Positions 9,375 through 18,385 of a stretch of DNA of 36,947 nt are shown piece after piece. A program made the translations under genes and the position numbers. Below the pieces are notes generated by a model. That model ran no database searches and had not been told where the DNA came from. It saw only the letters and a list, made by a program, of their open reading frames with translations. This stretch comes from a virus (taxonomy: Duplodnaviria; Caudoviricetes), in IMG/VR virus record IMGVR_UViG_3300012346_000313, positions 1-36,947 of that record; one strand, 5' to 3'. The first letter of the stretch is position 1, and the number at the start of each line of letters is the position of its first letter.

Positions 9375-9827
9375 ATGAAAAACATAATTTTAATATTAGC
9401 TTTTTTAGTGATCGGGATGATCGCAGGAGCGCAAACAGTATGGACGCAAGCCACCTATCAGATTGACGAAAGCGGCAAGTCTGGTGAACTATGGGGCACG
9501 GGAACCCATGACACTATTTTAACTTCGACAACCGGAACTCAATACATCTTTGTTTTGAGAGGCCCTAAACCTTTTGACCTGTCTTTTTATAACGTGATTA
9601 CAAAGGTTTCCGGGACGGTCACAGCCTCTTATATTGAGTGGATGGGATCGAATGACGGGGTTACTTATGTTCAGGTTGACAGCGTAAAACTTGGCGGGGA
9701 TGCAACGGCTACAAAATGGAAGAACATTGACGATTTTAACTACTCTTATTTAAAAGTTAAGGGTGTTGGTGTCGGTTCGTCCGGGCTATGCAAACTCAGT
9801 TCTTTTTATTCGATTAGAAAAGAGTAG
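9375..9827 (+). CDS. Signal-peptide beta-rich protein, paralog 2
   Basis: MKNIILILAFLVIGMIAGA|Q from ATG 9375; paralog of the preceding gene. Confidence 0.7.
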   Translation: MKNIILILAFLVIGMIAGAQTVWTQATYQIDESGKSGELWGTGTHDTILTSTTGTQYIFVLRGPKPFDLSFYNVITKVSGTVTASYIEWMGSNDGVTYVQVDSVKLGGDATATKWKNIDDFNYSYLKVKGVGVGSSGLCKLSSFYSIRKE

Positions 9828-9829
9828 CC

Positions 9830-10048
9830 ATGTTAGTCAAGATAACAGAACAGAGGGGTGAAACCGGCTTGCGTAAAGCCGGCACCCTTTATTTAGTCGG
9901 TGATGATCTTGGAAAAGTTTGGATTGAGAAAAAATGGGCTGTTGAGTTTAAAGAAGAAAAAGCCACTATCGAAACCAAAGAGGAAAAGTTCAAAGTCAAG
10001 ACTAAAGAAACCAAACGGAAACGGGTAACGAAAACAAAAGTTAAATGA
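9830..10048 (+). CDS. Small Lys-rich head-module protein
   Basis: 72 aa with a basic C-terminus; a position often seen after capsid genes. Confidence 0.6.
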   Translation: MLVKITEQRGETGLRKAGTLYLVGDDLGKVWIEKKWAVEFKEEKATIETKEEKFKVKTKETKRKRVTKTKVK

Positions 10049-10533
10049 GTTTACTGTATTTAAGCAAGGATTTATTTCAACAGCACGGCGGGAGTTTACA
10101 AATTGACTTTGGTAACTATGACGACTTCGACCACTTTGCCTATGAAATTGAAATGAAATACCTCACTAAATTATACGGCGTACTCTATCGACTAACGAGA
10201 ACCGTCGGGGGGTTATCCTGGAACGATGGGACTACTTATTATGAAGTTCACGGCGAAGAGGCAATGTTAATGGCGTTCTTTTATTTTCATTACATAACTG
10301 AATGCCAGGGGGCTAAAGTCCTTTCAGGAAGTCCAGAAGAGGCTTATATGAAAGCAGTAAACGGAACTAAGGAAATGATTAAATCTAACATTGTCAAAGC
10401 GTATAATCAGGGAGTTGATTATTTTAATGAAATAGTTGATTATATTGACTATATGAACTCACAAGACCCGACAGCATACCCGGATTTTGACACAGTAAAA
10501 ATGACAGAAAAATTAAATGTATTCGGAATTTAA
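10045..10533 (+). CDS. Putative head-tail connector
   Basis: Position and size only. Confidence 0.45.
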   Translation: MSLLYLSKDLFQQHGGSLQIDFGNYDDFDHFAYEIEMKYLTKLYGVLYRLTRTVGGLSWNDGTTYYEVHGEEAMLMAFFYFHYITECQGAKVLSGSPEEAYMKAVNGTKEMIKSNIVKAYNQGVDYFNEIVDYIDYMNSQDPTAYPDFDTVKMTEKLNVFGI

Positions 10534-10545
10534 AAACAAAAAGAA

Positions 10546-11460
10546 ATGAATATTTTAAATGGTTTAACCAACACGGGAGGGAATCCCAAAAACAGAGCCT
10601 TTGACTTTAAGCAACTGCGGAGGATTATTTTAGTTCCGAAGTACAACAGTTCAGAGGTTTTGAATACACTGGCTAATGTAGCGGGTGTAACTAAGGCGGC
10701 TTTGCAGGCCAAATTTGATGCAGCAAATATCAATAACCGTTATTTTCCTTTGCCACCGATGAAAAATGTTGAGTTTGTCAGGGGTGAATCCACTAAATAT
10801 GCCTGGGCTGATGATTCGGTCACTTACATAAAACAAGGGATAAAGACCTTTAAAGCTATGTTTGACGTTAGCGACGTTGGCCCGGCTTTGCTCAAAAGAC
10901 TACAAAGCTGGCGGGCTTGTGACTTTGGTATGTTCATAGGTGACACAGAAGGCAATTTCGGTTATATTCTTGACAGCGCAGGAGTGATTGTAAAACCTTT
11001 GGAGATCGAAGGGCAGTCTTTTGATGTTCGCATGATCGGAGCTACCGACAAGGAACCGGCAATGATGGAAGTAACTTTCAACCTGGCACCCGAAATAAAT
11101 GACGGAGATTTCAGGTACATTCCTAAAGCTGATCTGGATTTTGACATCAGGAGTGATTCAGATGTTTATGCTTTGTGGTCGGTTGTGCTTGCTGAGGTAT
11201 CAAATACCTTAACACATATACTTTTCACAGCAAAAACAGATTACGGCGTTCCGATTTCCGGGCTTGTCAAGACTGAGATTTATCTTTATGATAATACGGG
11301 TAGCGCTGCGATTACATTAACGAGCTTAACCGAAACGGGAACAACCGGAGCTTATGATGCTTTAATTCCTGCTCAAACAGAGAATGACAGCTATACAATG
11401 AACATTTTAAAATCGAAGTACGCACCGGAGGACACTTTATCAGGTACATTAACAGCTTAA
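10546..11460 (+). CDS. Major tail tube protein, possible C-terminal Ig-like domain
   Basis: 304 aa, beta-rich, upstream of the tape measure gene; Thr-rich C-terminal ~90 aa. Confidence 0.7.
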   Translation: MNILNGLTNTGGNPKNRAFDFKQLRRIILVPKYNSSEVLNTLANVAGVTKAALQAKFDAANINNRYFPLPPMKNVEFVRGESTKYAWADDSVTYIKQGIKTFKAMFDVSDVGPALLKRLQSWRACDFGMFIGDTEGNFGYILDSAGVIVKPLEIEGQSFDVRMIGATDKEPAMMEVTFNLAPEINDGDFRYIPKADLDFDIRSDSDVYALWSVVLAEVSNTLTHILFTAKTDYGVPISGLVKTEIYLYDNTGSAAITLTSLTETGTTGAYDALIPAQTENDSYTMNILKSKYAPEDTLSGTLTA

Positions 11461-11462
11461 TT

Positions 11463-11666
11463 ATGAAACTCGGAAACACGGATTTTAACGAAGAAGTGGT
11501 CAGTAAAATGACTTTTGAAGAGTTTGAAGCTACTTACAAAGGACTTTTACAGGGGCATGACCTCGAAGATGCTTGGCGACTTTTAGCTGGCGATGCCCCT
11601 GTTTTTTCAAAGAAAAAGAAGAGTGGGAAAGTTAGCAAACCTGACGAAGTCACTGGAGAAATTTGA
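11463..11666 (+). CDS. Small tail-module protein (possible assembly chaperone)
   Basis: Position directly after the tube gene. Confidence 0.5.
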   Translation: MKLGNTDFNEEVVSKMTFEEFEATYKGLLQGHDLEDAWRLLAGDAPVFSKKKKSGKVSKPDEVTGEI

Positions 11667-12111
11667 CCCGGATGCGGTTTTGAATAAGGTTTTAAAGATC
11701 AAAGAAGTTGATAACTACATTAAAACCTTAATTCAGGATCGGCTCTGGCAACTTGGCGAAGATGCAAAAGGCAAAAAGATACGGACTTATTCAGCAATCG
11801 AACAAGGCGAGCCTGTTTATTCCTATAATACTGTATTCGGTACTAAGAAGTACAAAGGGAAGAAAGCAAAAGGCCAACCGTCGGACCGGGTCACCTTAAA
11901 AGATACCGGAAAGTTTTACAAAAGCTGGCAGTTGCAACTTTTAAAAGAGTTGTTTTATGTTCAAAGCATAACGGATAAAGGGGACGGGGATATTGAGGAC
12001 AATGTAAGTTTAACAAACGTGATAACACTTTCGGATGATGAAAAAAAGTATTTGGTTGATAAGATTCGCCCGTTCTATATTCAGGAAACCCGAAAAGTTA
12101 TCGGCTTATAA
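11623..12111 (+). CDS. Tail/neck morphogenesis protein (GTG start inferred)
   Basis: DRVTLKDTGKFYKS resembles the LxDTG motif of neck/tail-completion proteins. Confidence 0.55.
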   Translation: MGKLANLTKSLEKFDPDAVLNKVLKIKEVDNYIKTLIQDRLWQLGEDAKGKKIRTYSAIEQGEPVYSYNTVFGTKKYKGKKAKGQPSDRVTLKDTGKFYKSWQLQLLKELFYVQSITDKGDGDIEDNVSLTNVITLSDDEKKYLVDKIRPFYIQETRKVIGL

Positions 12112-12694
12112 ATTTCACCGTAGCCTGGAAACGTTACCTATTTGGAACTGGCATCAACTTCATAAGCACAATGACGTTAAATACCTTTTACAGGTCAATG
12201 ACTTTGAAGGTATCGAATTAACCAAAGATTTCAAAAAGACTTTACAGGGCTTTGCCGATGAAATGGTTTACGAGTTTGATGATCTGAACTTGGGGCTTAT
12301 CATTGCACAAAGGGATTACAAGATAAAACTACTTGAACTTATTGCTGACATTGCAAAGAACTCAAAAGACCCTGAAAAGTTAGATTTAGCCTTTCATATT
12401 ATTATCAATTTAGCCGTTACGGAAGATCCTGATGTAAATTGGTTATGGGAACAGAGTTTTACCGATACAGCAAGCCAAAGGGCAATGCTAACAGAAGCCA
12501 GTATAGCGATAATGCGCTACAAAGACAAACGGCCAAAGGGTGAAGAGCAATCATTAATCGAAAAGGCTACACGGGTGGAGGTTATTTTAGGTATTCCACC
12601 TATTGATTTGATGGTTTGTCCGGTCCTTAAATTCAAAGAGTACGAGAAACAGGCTATTGAAAAGATCAATGCCAGAAATAAATCACTCCAGTAA
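12035..12694 (+). CDS. Tail-module protein (possible tape-measure chaperone)
   Basis: Helical ORF immediately before the tape measure gene. Confidence 0.55.
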   Translation: MMKKSIWLIRFARSIFRKPEKLSAYKFHRSLETLPIWNWHQLHKHNDVKYLLQVNDFEGIELTKDFKKTLQGFADEMVYEFDDLNLGLIIAQRDYKIKLLELIADIAKNSKDPEKLDLAFHIIINLAVTEDPDVNWLWEQSFTDTASQRAMLTEASIAIMRYKDKRPKGEEQSLIEKATRVEVILGIPPIDLMVCPVLKFKEYEKQAIEKINARNKSLQ

Positions 12695-14913
12695 TGGCAA
12701 AAGGTGAAAAAATATTACATAGTGACCTGATTCAGGAAGGCGACCCATTTACCAAAATGTACGGTTATATTGACGGTATAACTAATAAATTTGTAGAGGC
12801 GAAAACTAAAATGGGCGGCGGTTTAATGGGTGGTGGAAAAGATGTAAAAGAATACATTAACAATACCAATAAAACCATTAAGGCGGTATCAGAATTAACC
12901 GAAGCCGAAAAGAAAATATTAAACCTAAGAATAAAACTCAAAGAGGCTGCCAGTTCACAAGCGGATGAAATTGCACAATTAAATGTTTTAAACCTTAAAC
13001 AAGCTCAGATAAATAAGAATTTAGCCACTATTGCACTTTCTCAGGCTGGTAGTTATGAACGTTTAAATCTTGAATACAGGGAAAATTTACGGCGGGTAAA
13101 AGAAATGAAAGCCGTAACCGATACAGAAAAGGCGGCACGTGAAAAGTTAATTAACACAACCAAACAACAGAATAACGAGCTAAAAAAGCTGGATAAACAG
13201 ATGGGAAACCATCAAAGGGAGGTAGGAAACTATAAATTAGCTTTACAGGGACTTGGAAACCAATTTGGGATTGTCGGGCAGGCAATGTCCCAGATGGGTA
13301 ATATAATTCAGATAGTAAAGAATGGATTTACTACATTAAAAGGTATAATGCTATCAACCGGAATCGGTGCGCTTGTGTTGGCAATCGGTTCAATGGCAGC
13401 ATATTTTAAAGAGGCCGGTGATAATGTATTATTGTTTAATTCCAGTTTGCAAAAGAGTAAAGCAATATGGAATACAGCAAGGGAAACGCTCGAAGGTATT
13501 GGTAAAGGGCTTTGGGATATTGTAACCGGAGGTCAGGCAGGATTAATAAGCGGGAGCGCAGAAATTGCAAAAACGATTAAGAATACAACAGCCGAATATG
13601 GCAAACAATATGATGTTCAGAAAGCACTTGCACAGCTTCAAAATGAATATAATAAACAACATATTGAAAACCTGACTAAAATAGCTGATTTAGAAACTAA
13701 AAGTTCAGAGGCTCAATTATTTGCTACTGAAAAGACAACAGAAACAGCAGCGGCAAGGCTCGAAGCTCAAACCAATGCAAAGAAATATACAGAGCAAATT
13801 TATGAGTTAAAAAAAGCCGAACAACAATTAACAGTCGCAATAGCGAATCAAAAATATATACAAGACCCACAAAATAAAACACTTAAAGCATTAGAAGAAG
13901 AAAAAAGAAATTTTATATTATTATCAAAAGAAGAAGCGGATTCATTAAAGGCGTTAAACAGGAGATATAATTCATTAACAGAGGAATTAAAAACACAGGG
14001 AGCGGAATATGAAAAGTTAAGACTTGAAAAAGAAGCGGCAGCGGCAAGGGATATTCCCATAACGAAAATGGAAACTGCCGACGCTGAAATTAAAATAGAC
14101 ACCGATTTAAAACAAGCACTTACAAGGAACAGCCAGGATTATTATGATCATATAAAACAACAGGATAAAGAGGCATATCAGGATTTCATTAACTCAGAAG
14201 AGGCCAAACGTCAGGCAATCCAAGACACTATAAACCTTGCTCAGGATGCCGGCAACATGATCTTTTCCATGAACCAGAACTCCATCAATGCTGAGATGGC
14301 AGACGCTGAAAGGTTAAGGGATTATCAGGTTGACATGGCGGGTGATAGCGTAAAGAAAAAGGCAAAAGCAGAAGCTGATTACAATAAGAAAATGAAGCAG
14401 TTGAAAACAGAACAGGCGAAGAATGATAAGAACGCAGCTATTTTCAACGCAACTATCAACTTAGCTCAGGCGATTGTAAGGTGCTTTTCAGATACCGGCC
14501 CGATAGGAGGTTTAATAACATCGGTTTTAGTTGCTGCAGTGGCAGGTTTTCAGTTAGCCTCTATAATTGCAACTCCTATTCCTAAGTTTAGGAAAGGAAC
14601 CGAAAGGCTGCAATCAGGATTAATGCGGGGCGAAGACAGCGACGGTTTTATAATTGAAGGACATAAGAACGAACGAATCTTAACAGCCGAGCAAAACAAG
14701 CCTTTGTTGGCACTTGGAATAGGAAATTCAGAACTTCCCGGGCTGGCTTACATAGGTAAAAAAATGGAAATGGAATATCCTTATTTAGCAATGATCGCAA
14801 ACCAGCAACTTGGCGAGCAAAAGGAAACAAACCGGATTTTAAAGAAATATAAATTTGTTGACAGGGATGGAAATATAGTAACTCTGGAGGGTAACGTGAT
14901 AAGATATGTATAG
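12694..14913 (+). CDS. Tape measure protein
   Basis: 739 aa Ala/Lys/Glu coiled coil; REVGNY, STGIGALVLAIG; C-terminal hydrophobic patch and PKFRKG...NERIL. Confidence 0.88.
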   Translation: MAKGEKILHSDLIQEGDPFTKMYGYIDGITNKFVEAKTKMGGGLMGGGKDVKEYINNTNKTIKAVSELTEAEKKILNLRIKLKEAASSQADEIAQLNVLNLKQAQINKNLATIALSQAGSYERLNLEYRENLRRVKEMKAVTDTEKAAREKLINTTKQQNNELKKLDKQMGNHQREVGNYKLALQGLGNQFGIVGQAMSQMGNIIQIVKNGFTTLKGIMLSTGIGALVLAIGSMAAYFKEAGDNVLLFNSSLQKSKAIWNTARETLEGIGKGLWDIVTGGQAGLISGSAEIAKTIKNTTAEYGKQYDVQKALAQLQNEYNKQHIENLTKIADLETKSSEAQLFATEKTTETAAARLEAQTNAKKYTEQIYELKKAEQQLTVAIANQKYIQDPQNKTLKALEEEKRNFILLSKEEADSLKALNRRYNSLTEELKTQGAEYEKLRLEKEAAAARDIPITKMETADAEIKIDTDLKQALTRNSQDYYDHIKQQDKEAYQDFINSEEAKRQAIQDTINLAQDAGNMIFSMNQNSINAEMADAERLRDYQVDMAGDSVKKKAKAEADYNKKMKQLKTEQAKNDKNAAIFNATINLAQAIVRCFSDTGPIGGLITSVLVAAVAGFQLASIIATPIPKFRKGTERLQSGLMRGEDSDGFIIEGHKNERILTAEQNKPLLALGIGNSELPGLAYIGKKMEMEYPYLAMIANQQLGEQKETNRILKKYKFVDRDGNIVTLEGNVIRYV

Positions 14914-16690
14914 TTTTGAGATTGACATAGGTGACTGGGGAACACCCGTAGCAGGTTCAGGGTACATTGAATGTAATCCTCTGTTCTCAAAGTGTGCTAT
15001 CCGCAGAAGTAACGAGGATTCGTTTCTGAGGGTACGGGATTACGTCGACGGGGAGTTAATGTTTTTAGGTTCGGAATATACAGCTTTAAAAACCCTTTTC
15101 GATTCTGATATAATTGTTTTGGGAATAAAGATTTATAAAGATGCTTTTCCTGCACCTGAATTGATTTTCACAGGCGAGTTAAATCTTTACGGAACCTGGC
15201 AAACGGATCAGAAAAGCTGCTCTTTGAAAGTTGAAACTGTTGACGCTTATAATAAGATACTGGCAGGGTTGGATTTGGAAAGATACGGAACGGAAACAGG
15301 AGGCATTGAGCATGACTACGATACTTGGGTTGATTTACAATGTTCAGCTTTTGATGACGGCACAGCACCGGGTTGGACTTTTGAAACACCTGAAAATTAT
15401 GGCATAGGGTCAACAGATTTCAATGATGTACCGTTATACGATGCAGGAGTAACTTATAGACTGGCAACGGCGAACGCTTACGGCAGGCATGATGGCGTTT
15501 TAGCTGATTGCTTTTGCAGAACAGTAGAAGGCGAATTTGGAGAAACTGTTAAAATTTGGACACCTGTAAATGATTTTACTTTTGACGTTGACCCGTTGAC
15601 TTATCCTTTGCAATGGCAGTTACTTGATATTGATATAGGAGTTGAAATATACGCACAAGAAAGAAGCTCGTTTCGCTGGGATCACGGGGACGACTGGACA
15701 ATGGAAGATGGGCTAAGCCTTTGGGATGAAGATGGGAAATATTGGTATTTAGAAACAACTTCATTAACAGGTAGTTCTTATACTAAAATATTTAACAGAT
15801 TAGTAAAGATTTACGATTTTATTCACGATACACTGGCAATTATTGACCCAACAATTAACATAGCAGAAACGGGTGAACATGGGTATTTTAGTTATTTTGA
15901 AGATACTTACATTAACAAATTCTATCTTTATGTTAAGTACGGCGACCCAGAAACATTAAGCAGTATTTTTGGAATATTCAAATTTTTGGGTTGTGACTGG
16001 TATTTGGATTCGAGTAATTATTTCCGCTTCGTTCACCGTTCGGAAATTGCAAAGACAGTCCCGTTAAAAGCGACTTATCCGCAATACCACCTTAACGATT
16101 ATCTTAGTAAAAACTGGACTACTTTCGACCTTAAATGTGCGGTTGATAAAGTAAAGGCTGAAACATGGGATATGGAAGCCCCTGACGAACAATATGCTAT
16201 TATTGACGGGAACAATACAGAGATAAATCAGGATTTCCGGCAACAAAAGATTGATTATAATAACCATTTTGAAACGGTTCGTAATAACAAATTGAGTTAT
16301 AATATTGACGTTCGGGAGTGGGATATTGCCGGCATGGGATCGGGTGGAAAATTCCTGATGGCAGCCGGTTCGGATAATTATTTATTCAATCAATTAGGAG
16401 TTATTAATACAAGTACAGTGCTTTTAAATGGTGGATTGGCTTGTTCAGTAATAGTATTTAATCATTTATTGCATTATAACCGTCCATTTGGTGCGGGAAC
16501 TTATTTAACAGTTTTACATTCAGATATTGAAAGAGTGAAAAAAATAGAAAATCAGGTACAGGTTCCTATTTTTGATCAGAGATTATACGATTTTAACAAC
16601 CTTGTGAGGACTGATTTAATGGACGGTGAATTGAAAAGTGTATCGGTAAAACTTGACGGTAGCGGAGCAGAAATAACATTATTAACATGA
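14906..16690 (+). CDS. Tail-tip/hub protein
   Basis: 594-aa acidic, aromatic-rich protein directly after the tape measure gene. Confidence 0.6.
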   Translation: MYSFEIDIGDWGTPVAGSGYIECNPLFSKCAIRRSNEDSFLRVRDYVDGELMFLGSEYTALKTLFDSDIIVLGIKIYKDAFPAPELIFTGELNLYGTWQTDQKSCSLKVETVDAYNKILAGLDLERYGTETGGIEHDYDTWVDLQCSAFDDGTAPGWTFETPENYGIGSTDFNDVPLYDAGVTYRLATANAYGRHDGVLADCFCRTVEGEFGETVKIWTPVNDFTFDVDPLTYPLQWQLLDIDIGVEIYAQERSSFRWDHGDDWTMEDGLSLWDEDGKYWYLETTSLTGSSYTKIFNRLVKIYDFIHDTLAIIDPTINIAETGEHGYFSYFEDTYINKFYLYVKYGDPETLSSIFGIFKFLGCDWYLDSSNYFRFVHRSEIAKTVPLKATYPQYHLNDYLSKNWTTFDLKCAVDKVKAETWDMEAPDEQYAIIDGNNTEINQDFRQQKIDYNNHFETVRNNKLSYNIDVREWDIAGMGSGGKFLMAAGSDNYLFNQLGVINTSTVLLNGGLACSVIVFNHLLHYNRPFGAGTYLTVLHSDIERVKKIENQVQVPIFDQRLYDFNNLVRTDLMDGELKSVSVKLDGSGAEITLLT

Positions 16691-17142
16691 GTAGTTTAAG
16701 AATATTCCGGGAAGGTGGATTGCATGACGCTGAAAAATCAGGGTACTTTAAGAACATAGTAACAGGATGCCCGATTGCGCCAGGTGTAGAGCTTTACCCT
16801 TTCTTTTTTACTATTATGCCTATCGGGATTCCTTGTATTCCTTTGACGGCTTTTAAATTAGAAGGTATCGGCGCAGGTGGCGAAGTGGTTGTCACTTATT
16901 CACTGGATACTGATTTAATTTCGATAACCTCAAACGGGACAAATTACATAGCTGAATACGATGCTACAACCGATGTATTGACGCCTTTAGGGAGTTATTC
17001 AAATGGAGTGTACCGTTATAAGATTGAATTTGGGACAACGATATTTTATAGTGAATATTATATAGTAAATTCACAACGCTATATTTCAGTGATCGGAGTT
17101 GGTGACTTTGACCTTGATGATTTTGACGAAGATTTTTATTGA
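16687..17142 (+). CDS. Tail-tip protein
   Basis: Coupled ORF in the tail operon; acidic C-terminus GDFDLDDFDEDFY. Confidence 0.55.
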   Translation: MSSLRIFREGGLHDAEKSGYFKNIVTGCPIAPGVELYPFFFTIMPIGIPCIPLTAFKLEGIGAGGEVVVTYSLDTDLISITSNGTNYIAEYDATTDVLTPLGSYSNGVYRYKIEFGTTIFYSEYYIVNSQRYISVIGVGDFDLDDFDEDFY

Positions 17143-18008
17143 TTATGATTGAAAAACAGGAATATATTTTAATTTCATTTCGGGACATAACAGGCGTTTA
17201 CCCGAAAAACTTTACCGATAAAATCTATATCGAAAAGCGACCTATTAAAGTGGGTTTGCATACTGATATGATTTTAACGGATGGCAAGTTTAGAACCGTT
17301 TATGATGATAACTGGGAAGAGCGGATAGTTCAGGCGACGGCTTACAATAAGTATAAAATCGAATTTATCAAAAATGAAAACTATAATGCTGAAATGCTTC
17401 AATTTGCAGATCAGATCAGGATTTATACTTTCGATGATAAGATTTTACACTATGGTAAAATTTTAGATGTTCAGGTAACTCAGGTAGGGAGTTCAGCATT
17501 TCAGGTAATAACTATCGAGTATTACGATAAGAACCCGGCAAACTATTATAATTCATATCCTGTTATTAATCATTTGCGGAGTGATTCACTGATTACAAGA
17601 TACCAGGATTCAGAGCTAACAAAAGTAAGTTTGACACCTTTAAACCATGATTCATGGGTTACTACTTATACTTTTTATTCAGCTTTCTACATGACCAAGT
17701 TCAACACAAGCGACAATAAACAGGAACACGAGCTTAACGGAGAGTTAATAAATACCCGGCTTACAATAAAAAGAAAGCGTGAAATTATTCTTTATTTAAA
17801 TGAGGAGGACGCTTACACGGTTGGTTATTATGGTTTACTTTGTAATTCATACACCGGAAGGATTGATATTCAAGAACCTGGCGAAGGTATTCCTATGATG
17901 TCTGAGCTGGCAGATGTAGAAATAGAACAAATTAAGGGGGTGGACCTGTATAAATGCACTATCAAAATAACAAATTCAGTTATAAATAATTTAACTTATT
18001 CAACATGA
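17139..18008 (+). CDS. Tail-tip protein
   Basis: Coupled beta-rich ORF in the tail operon. Confidence 0.55.
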   Translation: MIMIEKQEYILISFRDITGVYPKNFTDKIYIEKRPIKVGLHTDMILTDGKFRTVYDDNWEERIVQATAYNKYKIEFIKNENYNAEMLQFADQIRIYTFDDKILHYGKILDVQVTQVGSSAFQVITIEYYDKNPANYYNSYPVINHLRSDSLITRYQDSELTKVSLTPLNHDSWVTTYTFYSAFYMTKFNTSDNKQEHELNGELINTRLTIKRKREIILYLNEEDAYTVGYYGLLCNSYTGRIDIQEPGEGIPMMSELADVEIEQIKGVDLYKCTIKITNSVINNLTYST

Positions 18009-18385
18009 GTACAATTCCTGATTTTATTACTTGGATAAATACGAACATAAATACCAACGGCATTCGTGGAATTACAGGAGCTTTATTAAATACTGCTTTC
18101 ATTAATTTGATTGCTTTTGTGCGGGCTGAAAAGAGAACAGATAAAGGGATTGAGGTAATTGAAAGTGCAAGCAATGTGATTACTTTTTGCAACCGTTCAG
18201 ATGCAGCTGACCCGTTTCCAAATGACACTACTTACGGGTTAATTTTAAGATGTTACGATGCTGATGGAAACAATATTGACTATACTGTTTTTGATATGAC
18301 TGTTGACGGGTTTAAGATCACACCGGCAGCGGATGGATTTATAGATTATTTAGCTACTGAAAAAGTTCAAACGATACCAGAATGA
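18005..18385 (+). CDS. Tail fibre adaptor-like protein
   Basis: INTNINTNGIRGITGALLN N-terminus; lies just before the large fibre genes. Confidence 0.5.
   Translation: MSTIPDFITWINTNINTNGIRGITGALLNTAFINLIAFVRAEKRTDKGIEVIESASNVITFCNRSDAADPFPNDTTYGLILRCYDADGNNIDYTVFDMTVDGFKITPAADGFIDYLATEKVQTIPE

Noticed and set aside
11593-12111. Programmed -1 frameshift for tail chaperones (GTTTTTT at 11601, AAAAAAG near 12042)
   Set aside because: Each downstream ORF is in the +1 frame relative to the upstream one, which does not fit a -1 shift.
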